From Bacteroides sp. (GTDB lineage: Bacteria > Bacteroidota > Bacteroidia > Bacteroidales > SM23-62), in NCBI GenBank assembly GCA_011053095.1, contig DRHS01000127.1, positions 27,035-91,034 on the forward strand: a DNA stretch of 64,000 nt, in the 5' to 3' direction. Of this stretch, positions 49,277-60,411 are shown piece by piece; position 1 is the stretch's first letter; the number at the start of each line of letters is the position of its first letter. Below the pieces are notes generated by a model, which saw nothing but the letters and a program-made list of their open reading frames with translations, did not search any database and had not been told where the DNA came from. A program made the translations under genes and the position numbers.

Positions 49277-52200
49277 ATGAAACTATTCATCTCTGTTCTA
49301 TACTTCAGTATATTAAGTCTTTTTATTTTCCATCCGGCCCAGGGACAGGTGGATGCAAGAATGTTCCGTTCACCTGACATTTCCAGAACGCATATAGCCT
49401 TTATCTATGCAGGGGATATTTGGGTTGTTGAAAAAGAAGGTGGATTGGCTCACAGCCTAAGCTCTCCACTGGGAGAGGAGATTTCTCCCTGCTTCTCACC
49501 CGATGGAACAAAAATTGCATATACGGCCAGTTATGATGGTAATCCTGAAGTCTATGTAATATCCAGCCTTGGAGGACTTCCTGAACGGATCACATATCAT
49601 CCCATGCGGGAGAGGGTGGTGGACTGGTACCCGGACAGCAAGCATTTGCTGATTAATTCATCCCGCGAAAGCGGCAGGCAGCGATACGGACAATTCTACA
49701 AAATATCTGCCCGGGGTGGACTGGCTGAAAAGCTTCCCGTGCCATACGGTGAATATGGAACACTGTCAGGTAATATGCAAGAACTGGCTTATACACATGA
49801 AAGAGGCGCCAGTCGTAATTGGAAAAGATATGAGGGAGGCTATGCAGCGGATATTTGGATCTTCGACCTGAACTCTAAAGATGCCAGGAGAGTAACAGAT
49901 CATCCTGCTACCGATGCGAATCCTATGTGGAATGGAGACAAGATTTATTTCCTTTCAGACAGGGGAGTCGAAAAACGTCAGAATATTTGGGTATATAGTA
50001 CCGGAGATGAATCCTTCAGGCAGGTTACCGCTTTTAGTGATTTTGATATATATGGTCCCTCTCTGGGACCCCAGGATATGGTTTTTCAGGCCGGAGATAG
50101 GCTCTATCGTATGGATCTTGATACGGAAACTCCTGTTGAAGTAGACATAACTATATCTACTGACCTTGCTTCAATCCATCCGAGACTCACAAATGTTTCC
50201 AAGTACATCCAAAGCTTTCAAATTGGGCCGGATGGAAAAAGAGCACTCATCGAAGCACGAGGTGACGTATTTACTGTTCCGGCCGAACATGGACCGATTC
50301 GAAATCTTACTCAGACCTCCGGCATTGCAGAAAGATATCCAGCCTGGTCACCAGATGGCAAACATGTAGCTTACTGGTCGGACAGGTCTGGTGAATATGA
50401 GCTTTGTATCCAAAACGGTGACGGTTCAGGAGATGAGAAGCAGCTCACTAAACTTGGCCCCGGATTCAGGTACAACCTTTTCTGGTCACCCAATAGCGAG
50501 ATGCTGGCATTCATAGACAATAAACAGAATATCAATATTTTCAAAATTGAAGAGAAAAAGCTTATCAAGGTTGATTTTTGTCCCATGCTTAGCCACTCCA
50601 ACATGCAAAATTTTGTACTATCCTGGTCAGAGAATTCAGAATGGCTGACTTACCCAAAAGAAGTTGCCAACCGCCATCTGGCAATATTCCTGTATAATGT
50701 TAATGAAGCGACTATTAAACAGGTTACATCGGGATATTATTCCGATTTCTCCCCTTCCTTCGATCCTGATGGTAAATACCTGTATTTTCTTACGAATCGC
50801 TCATTCAGTGCCCTTTACTCTGATCTTGACGGGACCTGGGTTTACCCGAACTCTACCCAGATTGCTGCAGCATCACTGCGAGCTGATGTACCTTCCCTGC
50901 TGGCAGAAAGAAATGACGAGGTAGCAGTTAAAAAGGATACAAATAAAAGTTTGGATAATGAGAAAAAGGAGGAATTCAAGTCCCTTATCATTGAGACTGA
51001 CAATCTCGAATCAAGGATTGTAATCCTACCTGTGAAGGCTGGTAATTATAATAACCTTGTGGCGGTTAAAGGACAGGTATTGTATACTCACTATTCCAGG
51101 AGCGGATCCGAAGAAAGGACCTCATCGATCCGTACATGGATACATAAAGACCGTGAAGAAAAGACAATCATTAGTGATGCAGGAGGATGGGAATTGTCAG
51201 CCGACGGGGAAAAAATACTTGTTTCCAACAAGGGTTACGGTATCATTGATGTTAAACCCGAGCAGAAAATCAAAACCAGGCTAAGAACAGGTGAAATGGA
51301 GGCCATGGTAAATCCCAGGGCGGAATGGCATCAGATTCTTGCCGATGTATGGAGGAAATACCGGGATTATTTTTATGATGAGAATATGCACGGTCTTGAC
51401 TGGAAAGCTATTAAGGACCAATATGATCCACTAATTGAACAAGCTTTAACGCGCTGGGATGTAACCGTAATACTCAAGGAAATGATTGGTGAACTGAATG
51501 CTTCGCATACATATATTTCCGGCCCTTCTCCCGAGAGACCTCCTTCTCAGCAGTTTGGAATGCTGGGGGTAAACTGGAAACTTGAAAATGGGACCTTCCG
51601 GATTGATCGGATTATTGATGGTGGTGCCTGGGATTCAGAATTGCGTTCACCCCTGAGTGTTACCGGGGTGGAAATCAAGGAAGGTGATTATGTATTGGCT
51701 GTAAACGGAATACCTCTTGATGCGGGGAAAGAGCCATGGGCAAGTTTTCAGGGACTGGCGAACCGGGCTGTAGAACTCACCATTAATGACAAGCCATCTT
51801 TTAAGGGGTCGAGCAAGCTTATCATCAAAACTATGGCAAACGAGACCCGACTTCGAAACCTGGAATGGATGGAAAAAAACAGGCTGTACGTAGAGAAGAA
51901 ATCCGGTGGACGTATCGGATATATCTATATGCCTAATACAGGGGGACAGGGACAAACTCAGCTAGTTAAGCAGCTATATGCACAAATGGATAAAGATGCA
52001 ATCATTATTGATGAGCGTTTTAATAGCGGGGGACAATTATCAGACCGCTTCCTTGAATTCCTGATGCGGCCACGAATCGGTTATATATATTCCAGGAATG
52101 GGAATATTGCGGATTGGCCCGATCGGGCTAATTTTGGACCTAAAGCAATGTTGATCAACGGATGGAGTGCTTCCGGGGGAGATGCTCTGCCCTTTGGTTT

Positions 52201-52507
52201 CAAGATCCTGGAAGCCGGTCCGATTGTAGGGACCCGGACCGGAGGGGCATTGATCGGTCCCGCAATGGGCCATAGTAATATAGATAATGGGGGACACACA
52301 GTTCCCAGTGGTCGTATAATGGGTAAAGATGGACAGTGGTTCTCAGAGGGACATGGAGTGGACCCTGATTACCTGGTTATTGCTGATCCCTCTAAACTCG
52401 CTAAAGGTGAAGATCCACAGATGGACAAAGCGATAGAACTTCTGCTGGAAGAGCTCAAAAAGAACCCGCCGGAGGAAATGAACAGGCCTGCTTTTGAAGA
52501 AAGGTAG
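49277..52507 (+). CDS. tricorn protease homologue (TolB-like beta-propellers + PDZ + S41 peptidase)
   Basis: Start chosen at the ATG giving signal peptide MKLFISVLYFSILSLFIFHPAQG (ORF track TTG at 49151). Repeated PD40-like SPDG motifs, then a C-terminal S41 domain (NGWSASGGDALP). Confidence 0.88.
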   Translation: MKLFISVLYFSILSLFIFHPAQGQVDARMFRSPDISRTHIAFIYAGDIWVVEKEGGLAHSLSSPLGEEISPCFSPDGTKIAYTASYDGNPEVYVISSLGGLPERITYHPMRERVVDWYPDSKHLLINSSRESGRQRYGQFYKISARGGLAEKLPVPYGEYGTLSGNMQELAYTHERGASRNWKRYEGGYAADIWIFDLNSKDARRVTDHPATDANPMWNGDKIYFLSDRGVEKRQNIWVYSTGDESFRQVTAFSDFDIYGPSLGPQDMVFQAGDRLYRMDLDTETPVEVDITISTDLASIHPRLTNVSKYIQSFQIGPDGKRALIEARGDVFTVPAEHGPIRNLTQTSGIAERYPAWSPDGKHVAYWSDRSGEYELCIQNGDGSGDEKQLTKLGPGFRYNLFWSPNSEMLAFIDNKQNINIFKIEEKKLIKVDFCPMLSHSNMQNFVLSWSENSEWLTYPKEVANRHLAIFLYNVNEATIKQVTSGYYSDFSPSFDPDGKYLYFLTNRSFSALYSDLDGTWVYPNSTQIAAASLRADVPSLLAERNDEVAVKKDTNKSLDNEKKEEFKSLIIETDNLESRIVILPVKAGNYNNLVAVKGQVLYTHYSRSGSEERTSSIRTWIHKDREEKTIISDAGGWELSADGEKILVSNKGYGIIDVKPEQKIKTRLRTGEMEAMVNPRAEWHQILADVWRKYRDYFYDENMHGLDWKAIKDQYDPLIEQALTRWDVTVILKEMIGELNASHTYISGPSPERPPSQQFGMLGVNWKLENGTFRIDRIIDGGAWDSELRSPLSVTGVEIKEGDYVLAVNGIPLDAGKEPWASFQGLANRAVELTINDKPSFKGSSKLIIKTMANETRLRNLEWMEKNRLYVEKKSGGRIGYIYMPNTGGQGQTQLVKQLYAQMDKDAIIIDERFNSGGQLSDRFLEFLMRPRIGYIYSRNGNIADWPDRANFGPKAMLINGWSASGGDALPFGFKILEAGPIVGTRTGGALIGPAMGHSNIDNGGHTVPSGRIMGKDGQWFSEGHGVDPDYLVIADPSKLAKGEDPQMDKAIELLLEELKKNPPEEMNRPAFEER

Positions 52508-52516
52508 TATTTGCAT

Positions 52517-52933
52517 ATGGAACAACGAGATTACCTGATGCGGCAGATCGAGCAGCTTGGCCAGGTCCTGGCTAAAGCCCTCGCAGGCCTGCTTAATCTG
52601 AAGCAAGTCCCTGATGCCAGCCTTAGCATAGATGAAATCAGGCAGATCTACGGTGAGGAGCTGGACATTACTCTTGACCTGGTTTTGGTTACCCCAAAAG
52701 AGGAAATCATTTCTGTCCTTATGTCCCGCGTAAAGTTCATAGACCACCATCTTGATACCATGGCTGAGTTACTTTCAGAAACTGCTGAGCTCTACGATAT
52801 ATCGGACGAGACCGGTACGGCAAAGGATCTTAGAAAAAAGGCATTGTATATTTATGAATATTTGCAGGAAACCTCAGGGACCTATTCCATTGATCAGGCG
52901 ATGAAGATTACACAATTGAAACAATTGCTGTAA
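52517..52933 (+). CDS. hypothetical helical protein
   Basis: ~138 aa, acidic and helical. ATG at 52517 is preferred over TTG at 52511. Follows the tricorn gene by ~10 nt. Confidence 0.55.
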   Translation: MEQRDYLMRQIEQLGQVLAKALAGLLNLKQVPDASLSIDEIRQIYGEELDITLDLVLVTPKEEIISVLMSRVKFIDHHLDTMAELLSETAELYDISDETGTAKDLRKKALYIYEYLQETSGTYSIDQAMKITQLKQLL

Positions 52934-52944
52934 GCAGGCAGGAA

Positions 52945-53538
52945 ATGTATAAACCTTTATTAAGCATACTATTTATATTTAACAGTTTATGCCTTGTCGC
53001 ACAGACAGGTTTTTATGAGAGCCTTGCTGACTCCGCCATACTGCTTACCGAACAAACTGTTATCTATGATCCGGGCTACTATTCCCTTGAATACCCCAAT
53101 GGGGATGTTCCTGCTGACAGGGGTGTATGCACGGATGTAATAATACGGGCATACAGGATGTTTGGAACAGATCTGCAGAAGGAAGTACACGAGGATATGA
53201 ATGCTAATTTTGATGAATACCCTGATATTTGGGGATTGACAGGAACCGACAGAAATATTGATCACCGGAGGGTACCGAACTTAATGGTTTTCTTTGGCCG
53301 GCATGGTAAAGAATTAATTGTCTCAGAGTCTCCTGCAGATTACCTTCCCGGGGATCTTGTTTGCTGGGATTTAGGAGGTGGAATAACTCACATCGGGATC
53401 GTTGTCAATCCTATCTCGGTGGACAGAAAAAGAAATATGATCGTTCATAATATAGGAGCGGGTCAGGTCCTTGCCGATTGTCTTTTTGAATTTAAAATTA
53501 TCGGACATTACAGGTATGAAAATAAAAATGGCATTTAG
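52945..53538 (+). CDS. DUF1287 family protein
   Basis: Signal peptide. GVCTDVIIRAYR and GDLVCWD...THIGIV motifs typical of DUF1287 (NlpC/P60-like). Confidence 0.75.
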   Translation: MYKPLLSILFIFNSLCLVAQTGFYESLADSAILLTEQTVIYDPGYYSLEYPNGDVPADRGVCTDVIIRAYRMFGTDLQKEVHEDMNANFDEYPDIWGLTGTDRNIDHRRVPNLMVFFGRHGKELIVSESPADYLPGDLVCWDLGGGITHIGIVVNPISVDRKRNMIVHNIGAGQVLADCLFEFKIIGHYRYENKNGI

Positions 53539-55213
53539 ATTCTCCATTCTGATCTCTCTCATTATGCTTACCGCCTGCAAGGCAGAAACTTCCGAAGAAA
53601 GAAAGGAAGTTAATATTCTTCTTATCGTTGCAGACGATCTGGGATTCACAGACCTGGGATGTTTCGGCAGCGAGATAAAAACTCCCAACCTGGATGCCCT
53701 GGCAAGTCAGGGGATAATCAATACTGCATTTTACACCTCCCCTACCTGTTCACCAACAAGAGCTATGCTGCTTACAGGTGTAGATAATCACAGGAACGGT
53801 TATGGTACAATGGGTAGCCTCGCTGAGAACCAGAAAGGCCTGCGTGGTTATGAAGGTTATCTGAACTTTGATATTGTGACCTTCCCTGAATTGTTACAGG
53901 AAAGGGGATATCATACCTCCGTGGCCGGCAAATGGCACCTTGGATACCCGGTTTCAGACAGCAGTTTCTGGCCCTACCGAAGGGGATTCGATCGTTCCTT
54001 TTGCCTCCTTCAGGGAGGAGCCGGACATTTTGCCGATAAACAACTACTATTCTCCAATTACCAGAAAACAATCTATGTTGAAAATGAACGGATTGTCAGG
54101 TACCTGCCTGCAAATTTTTATTCAAGCGATTACTACAGCTCGAAGGCCATTGAATTCATCAATGAGAGTCAGGAACTCAATAAACCTTTTTTCTCATACC
54201 TGGGATTCACCGCTCCGCACTGGCCGCTTCAGGCTCCTGACCATTACATCGATCTTTATAGGGGATTTTATGAGGAGGGTTATGAGATCCTTGCTGAACT
54301 AAGACTGGAAAATGCCAGGCAACTCGGGATTGTATCAGAGTATGCCAGATTGCCATCCCTGTCTCCAAATGTGCCTCCCTGGAACTCATTGACTGAACAA
54401 CAACAAAGAGAATCAGCACGCATTATGGAGGTATATGCAGCCATGGTCGAATGCCTGGATGCAAACATTGGAAAGGTTATTTCTCATCTAAAAGCAATCG
54501 GGGAATATGATAACACGCTGATTGTTTTCATGTCTGACAACGGAGCGGAAGGCAATAACATTTCTACGGTAAGAGATGCCGGGGAATGGATTGCTGAGAA
54601 CTTTGATAACAGTCTTGAAAATATCGGCAGAAAGGATTCCTATGTTTACACGGGACCAGGTTGGGCACAGGCCAGCACAGTACCTTTCAAATGGTATAAA
54701 GCCTTTGCTACTGAGGGAGGAGTCAGGAGTCCGGCGATAATCACTTATCCCCGATGGAAACATAATTCGGGAATTATCAATGACGACTACATCTCGGTAA
54801 TGGATCTTGCCCCGACATTCCTGGAATTGACAGCTTCGGAGCATCCTGGGACAGAATACAAGGGAAGGGAAATTTATTCAATGGATGGGATATCGCTGGT
54901 TAACTGGTTGAAGGGAAATGAAGAGGCAGCTCATTCTCCTGAAGAAGCTCATTGCTGGGAATTGTACGGGAGAAGAGGAGTACTCAAGGGAGTCTGGAAA
55001 GCGGAATGGCTGGAGTCCCCATACGGAAATGATTCCTGGGAATTATTTAATCTTGAAAGGGATCCCGGTGAACAAACCGATCTGGCCCTGAAAAATCCTG
55101 ATAAACTGAAAGAATTGGTAGCAGAGTGGGAAAAATATGCCTCAGATTATGGAATAGTACTGCCCAATGAGAAGGTGTCATATGCCTCAGAAGATTTCTG
55201 GTTGGAACAATAA
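53516..55213 (+). CDS. Cys-type arylsulfatase
   Basis: Start chosen at the ATG giving lipoprotein signal (…LIMLTAC). VADDLGFTDLG metal site and CSPTRAMLLTG formylglycine motif. Confidence 0.9.
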   Translation: MKIKMAFRFSILISLIMLTACKAETSEERKEVNILLIVADDLGFTDLGCFGSEIKTPNLDALASQGIINTAFYTSPTCSPTRAMLLTGVDNHRNGYGTMGSLAENQKGLRGYEGYLNFDIVTFPELLQERGYHTSVAGKWHLGYPVSDSSFWPYRRGFDRSFCLLQGGAGHFADKQLLFSNYQKTIYVENERIVRYLPANFYSSDYYSSKAIEFINESQELNKPFFSYLGFTAPHWPLQAPDHYIDLYRGFYEEGYEILAELRLENARQLGIVSEYARLPSLSPNVPPWNSLTEQQQRESARIMEVYAAMVECLDANIGKVISHLKAIGEYDNTLIVFMSDNGAEGNNISTVRDAGEWIAENFDNSLENIGRKDSYVYTGPGWAQASTVPFKWYKAFATEGGVRSPAIITYPRWKHNSGIINDDYISVMDLAPTFLELTASEHPGTEYKGREIYSMDGISLVNWLKGNEEAAHSPEEAHCWELYGRRGVLKGVWKAEWLESPYGNDSWELFNLERDPGEQTDLALKNPDKLKELVAEWEKYASDYGIVLPNEKVSYASEDFWLEQ

Positions 55214-55467
55214 TCCTTTATAAAAACAATCAACTATGGGATCAAATCCAATCAATCTGACCACCTGGCTGATCAGATCTGACATCCCTGCATACTCTTA
55301 AAAAGCCGTTAAATGGTTCAAATGGGAGGCACCTCCTGCAAGGTTCCCTTTGCATCAGACTATATTAAGAAAGTGGAAGTGAGAGGGTCAATCGGTAAGA
55401 AGAAGAAAATCGCTCGCTGCTAGGATAATGTGGCCACCGCATAATCGGCTATACCGAATACTGAGCG

Positions 55468-57435
55468 TTATTCATTTCCTGAGGATTTTCCATCCTCTTC
55501 CTTATCCATAGCTTCATAGATTTCCCTTACCTCTTCACGCAGGGTTTCTGTATCCCATGCATCATCGCTTTCATGCAATACATGGTCTTTTTCTGTAAGA
55601 AGAATATTGTCAAGCTGTTGTGAATACCGGCGAACTTCATTTATATATTTCTTTTTATCGCTTCCCCAGAGAGTGTGCAACTGGTCCATCATCTCATTGT
55701 CATGGTAGCGGAAAGTGCGGGCAGCACGGCTAGCCTGGTAACGGCTGAATCCAAGATCAGACAAAACATTCATGCCCAGGTCAACCGATGCATCATAGGT
55801 TTCGCGTTTCACTCCGGTTATACCAAGGTCCTTAAGTTCAAAGGAATGCCTCACATCTACAGCCCTGGCATATATTTTAAGTGATGGATAGCTTTTTTGC
55901 ACCTGTTCAACGATATTACTGATCTGTTCCCTGTCATCAACAGCCACGATCATTACTTTTGCCTTCTCGAGTCCCGCAAACTCCAATAGATCGGGCCTGT
56001 TGGCGTCTCCATAATAGACCTTGAAACCGAACTTTCTAAGAAACCGAATGTTGTCAGGATTATTATCAAGGACGGTAGCCTCTATACCGTTTGCTCTCAG
56101 GAACCTTCCAATCACCACTCCGAATCTACCGAATCCTGCGATGATCACCTGGTTCTCTTGTCCGGAGATTTCGTCGGGCTGCCGATCTGCATCGGCCTTA
56201 ACAAACATAGGTTGAACAAATCTGTCATTAATAATTAGCAATAAGGGCGTAATCAGCATAGAGAGGGCTACAACAATCAGCATCACGCCGGAAACGGATT
56301 CCGGAAGAATGGTGTTTTGGTTGGAAAATGAGATCAATACAAAAGCGAATTCCCCGGTTTGCGCAAGCGCAAAGGAGAACAGTATTTCCTGTCCGTTACG
56401 CATCCTGAAAAACCGGCCCAGCACCAGGAGTACAATGAACTTAACTGCAATCAGCAGTCCCAGGAGTCCAACTACAGTCCCGGGTTGAGTAACAAGAATA
56501 TTAAAATCAATGCTTGCTCCTACAGCAATAAAGAACAAACCCAGGAGGAGTCCCTTGAAAGGTTCGATATCCGATTCAAGTTCATGCCGGTATTCATTAT
56601 CAGCAAGTACCACTCCCGCAAGAAAAGTACCGAGTGCAGGTGAAAGTCCCACGGCATCCATGGCCATTGCTATACCTATTACAAGAAGCAGTGCGGTTGC
56701 CGTAAATATCTCACGCAATCCTGTTCGTGCTATAAAACGGAAAAGGTAGCGGGCGAGAAATCTACCTGAAAAAATAATGAGGGCTACCAGTCCTATAATG
56801 ATCAGCAACTGCTGCCAGCCGTCAAGGTCTGCAATACCAGTCTGATGAGCTGCCTCTGTAGATTGGTGGACAGCATCAACCACATGAGGATCTGCGCTAC
56901 TGCCAGAAACAACCTGGCCTGCCATCAGGGGTAGAATCGCCAGGATTGGTATGACGGCAATATCCTGAAATAACAGAACTGAGAAACTCCCCTCCCCTGC
57001 CTGTGTTTTCATTAATCCTTTTTCAGCCAGGGTTTGTAAAACGATTGCTGTGGATGACATAGAGAAGATAAGTCCAATCGTAATGGATTGAACCAGGTTC
57101 ATTCCGAAAAAGAGAGATATTCCGGCAACAATCACAGTGGTCATTGCCATCTGCAATCCACCGAGTCCAAATATTGACCGGCGCAGGCTCCAGAGCAGGG
57201 ACGGCTTTACTTCGAGTCCGATCAGGAAAAGCATCATTACGACCCCGAATTCTGCAAAGTGCATGATGTCAGTACCCTCCTCCCCGACAAGTTTCAGGAA
57301 ATATGGGCCAACAAGTACCCCGGCAAGCAGGTAACCCAGTACGGATCCCAGTCCAAGTCTCTTGGCAATTGGAACAGATATCACTGCTGCGGATAGGAAT
57401 ATTACTGCCTGGAAAAAGAATTCCTGTCCATGCAT
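55468..57435 (-). CDS. kefC: CPA2 family K+/H+ antiporter with C-terminal RCK/KTN domain (KefB/KefC-like)
   Basis: ~13 TM Na_H exchanger region, then IIAGFGRFG Rossmann (KTN) domain, 655 aa. Confidence 0.9.
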   Translation of the reverse strand: MHGQEFFFQAVIFLSAAVISVPIAKRLGLGSVLGYLLAGVLVGPYFLKLVGEEGTDIMHFAEFGVVMMLFLIGLEVKPSLLWSLRRSIFGLGGLQMAMTTVIVAGISLFFGMNLVQSITIGLIFSMSSTAIVLQTLAEKGLMKTQAGEGSFSVLLFQDIAVIPILAILPLMAGQVVSGSSADPHVVDAVHQSTEAAHQTGIADLDGWQQLLIIIGLVALIIFSGRFLARYLFRFIARTGLREIFTATALLLVIGIAMAMDAVGLSPALGTFLAGVVLADNEYRHELESDIEPFKGLLLGLFFIAVGASIDFNILVTQPGTVVGLLGLLIAVKFIVLLVLGRFFRMRNGQEILFSFALAQTGEFAFVLISFSNQNTILPESVSGVMLIVVALSMLITPLLLIINDRFVQPMFVKADADRQPDEISGQENQVIIAGFGRFGVVIGRFLRANGIEATVLDNNPDNIRFLRKFGFKVYYGDANRPDLLEFAGLEKAKVMIVAVDDREQISNIVEQVQKSYPSLKIYARAVDVRHSFELKDLGITGVKRETYDASVDLGMNVLSDLGFSRYQASRAARTFRYHDNEMMDQLHTLWGSDKKKYINEVRRYSQQLDNILLTEKDHVLHESDDAWDTETLREEVREIYEAMDKEEDGKSSGNE

Positions 57436-57438
57436 GGT

Positions 57439-58050
57439 CTATCTCTTTTCAGATTTTTCCAGAAGGTCGTTCAGGTAATAGCATTGCATTATCTCATCCA
57501 TGCTGAATATCTCATCACGCAAAGAGATTAGGATAGAGCGATATTTGCGGGCTGCTTCCTCAATTCCCTCCTCAGAGAACATATGTGTACCGTGTACAAC
57601 AAAAGGAGGAAGGTAGTCCATACCACAGAGTCTAGCTGTACGGTTGAATGGTGCCAGGAACTGGGGAATTGAAAATTCATTCCTTCCACCGGACTGGTAA
57701 GCATCAATTCTGCCCCCTGTGGTTATTGAGGTCAACACCTGCTTCCCCCGAAGTGCAGTCCCCTCTCTCCCATAAGCAAACCCATGCTGCAGAACCAAAT
57801 CTATCCATTCCTTAAGAATCGAAGGTGCGCTGTACCAGTAAAAAGGATGCTGCCAGACGATAATGTCATGTTCGAGTAAAAGCTGTTGTTCCCGGTTCAC
57901 ATCTATGTGGAAATCCGGGTATTCCTCATATAATTTATGAATGGTTACGCCTTCGACATCTTTGATTGATTCGATCAGCCTCCTGTTAATCCTTGACTTG
58001 TGCATAACAGGATGAGCAAAAAGTATAAGTATTCTATTTCGGACATTCAT
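57439..58050 (-). CDS. kefF: flavodoxin-like NAD(P)H oxidoreductase, KefF/KefG-type ancillary subunit
   Basis: ILILFAHPVMHKSRINR N-terminus as in KefF/KefG. 3-nt gap to kefC. The ATG at 58050 is preferred to the ORF-track start at 58107. Confidence 0.8.
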   Translation of the reverse strand: MNVRNRILILFAHPVMHKSRINRRLIESIKDVEGVTIHKLYEEYPDFHIDVNREQQLLLEHDIIVWQHPFYWYSAPSILKEWIDLVLQHGFAYGREGTALRGKQVLTSITTGGRIDAYQSGGRNEFSIPQFLAPFNRTARLCGMDYLPPFVVHGTHMFSEEGIEEAARKYRSILISLRDEIFSMDEIMQCYYLNDLLEKSEKR

Positions 58051-58166
58051 GTCCGCTAAAATACTATTTAGCACCAAGACAGGTGCAGGAAGGAAATAAG
58101 ATAACAATTATTTAACGCGGACTGGCAACAGGATCCCTGAATAAACTCAATCTATAAGTAGAGTTA

Positions 58167-58994
58167 TCAGCTTTTCCCCGGATAGACAGGATCCAGCCAT
58201 TTGGGCAGGGGCTTATATTTGCTCATACTTGCCCAGCGTATGCCCCGCTTCATAATTTCCATTGCCTCGGGGACTTCAAAATCGGATGCTACATGTCCGA
58301 TTGAAGAATAGAATACTCTTCCCTTCCCATAGGTCTTTTTCCATACCACCGGCATGGTGGCGCCATCGATCCAGTCCGCATGTTCAGCATTAAAAGTTGT
58401 CGTAGCCAGGACTTTGATGTTGGGATCAACGTGCAAGTAATATTGTTCGGAATGCATATTAAAATCAGACAGGCCTTTTGTCACTCCATCATTGACATTG
58501 GTTATATTAACCTCATAATCAATAATACCTCCGGGATGAGCTACCCATTGTCCCCCTACCATAAACTGATATCCAGGGTTGTCCCGAAAGGCATCTCCCA
58601 GTCCCCCATGCCACCCGGCAATTCCAACCCCGCTCTTAACAGCCTCCAGTAACCCTTTTTCCTGTTCCTTCTCAATTGTTGACATGGTCATGACCTGAAC
58701 GATAAGGTCAAGTTCCCCCATAAGTTTTTTGTCAGTATAACTGTTCAGATCCGTCGAAAGGGTAACTACTGCCCCCTCGCTTTCCATCCAGGGCACAAAA
58801 ACATCCCGGCACTTATCCGGTTCATGAGGCTTATATCCTCCATAGATAAAAAGGACCTTCTTCCCCTTCAGCCGGGTGTCCTGCTGTCTGGCACTGGCCA
58901 TCTTGGGTAAAAGTCCCGGAAGAACCACGACTCCGGCTCCGGCAATTGCAGTATGTTTAAGAAAAGTACGTCGGCTTGCGAATTGTTGATGCAT
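58167..58994 (-). CDS. ThuA domain protein with Tat signal
   Basis: [17 protein letters not shown] twin-arginine signal. ThuA-like GWHGG and YSSIGH motifs. Confidence 0.8.
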   Translation of the reverse strand: MHQQFASRRTFLKHTAIAGAGVVVLPGLLPKMASARQQDTRLKGKKVLFIYGGYKPHEPDKCRDVFVPWMESEGAVVTLSTDLNSYTDKKLMGELDLIVQVMTMSTIEKEQEKGLLEAVKSGVGIAGWHGGLGDAFRDNPGYQFMVGGQWVAHPGGIIDYEVNITNVNDGVTKGLSDFNMHSEQYYLHVDPNIKVLATTTFNAEHADWIDGATMPVVWKKTYGKGRVFYSSIGHVASDFEVPEAMEIMKRGIRWASMSKYKPLPKWLDPVYPGKS

Positions 58995-59063
58995 TCTCTG
59001 TAAATTTATCGTTCATGTAATAGTCTCTAAAATTAATCATTTCGTTGCATAATCCCTACAATT

Positions 59064-59741
59064 ATGGTACAAGAGATCATTCCCGTTAAGCTTAAAATGA
59101 CAAATTGTTTCCTTATCCGGGGAAACAGTGGATTTTTATTGGTGGATGCCGGACCGCCAAAATCCTCCGATCTTTTCCGGCAGGCACTGCTGGGATTATC
59201 TATCGATCCGGCAGATATTAAGATGATTTTTTTAACACATGGCCATTGGGATCACTGGGGATCCCTGCGTGATATTAAGGATCTTACGGCTGCTCCCGCT
59301 GCAATTAATCACCGTGAAAAAGAATGGGTGGAAAAAGGCGAAAATCACCTTCCCGGCGGAATAGGTACCTGGGGAAAAATTGTAGTGGGATTAATGAAAG
59401 CCATGCCAATAAAATCCCAACTTACTGCCACCGGCATTGATATTGCCCTGAATGACGAGGACCTTTCCATGGAGACGTATGGAATTAAGGGACGGCTAAT
59501 TCATACCCCTGGACATACGGACGGAAGTATGTCCCTCCTTCTCGACAGTGGGGAAGCCTTTGTGGGAGACCTTGCCATGAGCGGTTTTCCAAGGCTGGGC
59601 GGACCAGGACCATTTGTTGTCGGTAAAGACATCAACACCATGAAAGACTCCTGGCAGATTCTGCTCGATGCCGGAGCCAGAGTTATCTATCCTTCCCACG
59701 GAAAACCTTTCAACGCAGAAGTATTTGATAAATACTGCTGA
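59064..59741 (+). CDS. MBL-fold metallo-hydrolase
   Basis: THGHWDHWG (HxHxDH) motif and a downstream HTPGHT motif. Confidence 0.88.
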   Translation: MVQEIIPVKLKMTNCFLIRGNSGFLLVDAGPPKSSDLFRQALLGLSIDPADIKMIFLTHGHWDHWGSLRDIKDLTAAPAAINHREKEWVEKGENHLPGGIGTWGKIVVGLMKAMPIKSQLTATGIDIALNDEDLSMETYGIKGRLIHTPGHTDGSMSLLLDSGEAFVGDLAMSGFPRLGGPGPFVVGKDINTMKDSWQILLDAGARVIYPSHGKPFNAEVFDKYC

Positions 59742-59749
59742 TACAGTGT

Positions 59750-60283
59750 ATGAGAACATTCGATTTGATTCTGCTTGCTTTTCTCACTTTTGCCAATTTG
59801 TGGTTATCCTGGTGGATTTCGATCCGGCAGAAGCGCTTTCACGGCATCTTTCGTTTCCTTTCCTTTGAATGCATCATCTTGCTGGTGCTGTTTAACTATC
59901 CCGTATGGTTCAGGGATCCCCTGTGCTGGTACCAGGTTATCTCATGGATACTGCTGACCGGATCCGCTATCGTTGCCTATTTCGGTTTTTACCAGCTCTA
60001 CCGTTACGGGAAACCAGGTGACCAGATGGAAGAGACCACTCAGCTGGTGACAACGGGACTCTATCGTTACATCCGTCATCCCCTATACCTTTCCCTGATC
60101 CTTGGCGGTTTCGGCTGCATGATGAAAGACCCGGTATGGATTCCGGTTGCCCTGTCTGTCATAAACCTGATCGCCCTGTATATGACAGCAATGGTTGAAG
60201 AAAATGAAATGCTGAAAAAGTTCGGAACTGAATATGCTTTATACATAAAAGAAACGAAGATGTTTGTTCCGTTTGTCCTTTGA
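59750..60283 (+). CDS. ICMT/PEMT-like membrane methyltransferase
   Basis: 4-5 TM helices and a GLYRYIRHPLYLS motif. Confidence 0.8.
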   Translation: MRTFDLILLAFLTFANLWLSWWISIRQKRFHGIFRFLSFECIILLVLFNYPVWFRDPLCWYQVISWILLTGSAIVAYFGFYQLYRYGKPGDQMEETTQLVTTGLYRYIRHPLYLSLILGGFGCMMKDPVWIPVALSVINLIALYMTAMVEENEMLKKFGTEYALYIKETKMFVPFVL

Positions 60284-60411
60284 ATCAGGAAAGGAAGCAG
60301 ATCTGAGACTCATTGATTGGGTTTGGAGGATAATCTGTTATCTTCATCCGGTTTACCAAACTTATGCAGCACTTAAAATATTAATAAACATAACTCGTCA
60401 TTATAATTAAA

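Noticed and set aside
52343-52750. 135-aa minus-strand ORF overlapping the tricorn 3' end and the following small gene
   Set aside because: It conflicts with two co-directional plus-strand genes. The plus-strand 138-aa reading has a coherent amphipathic-helical sequence and operon-like spacing.
55236-55256. GGGATCAAATCCAATC resembling a tRNA T-loop
   Set aside because: Flanking bases cannot form a 5-bp T-stem, and no acceptor, D or anticodon arms can be built. I found no tRNA anywhere in the window, including next to the integrase.
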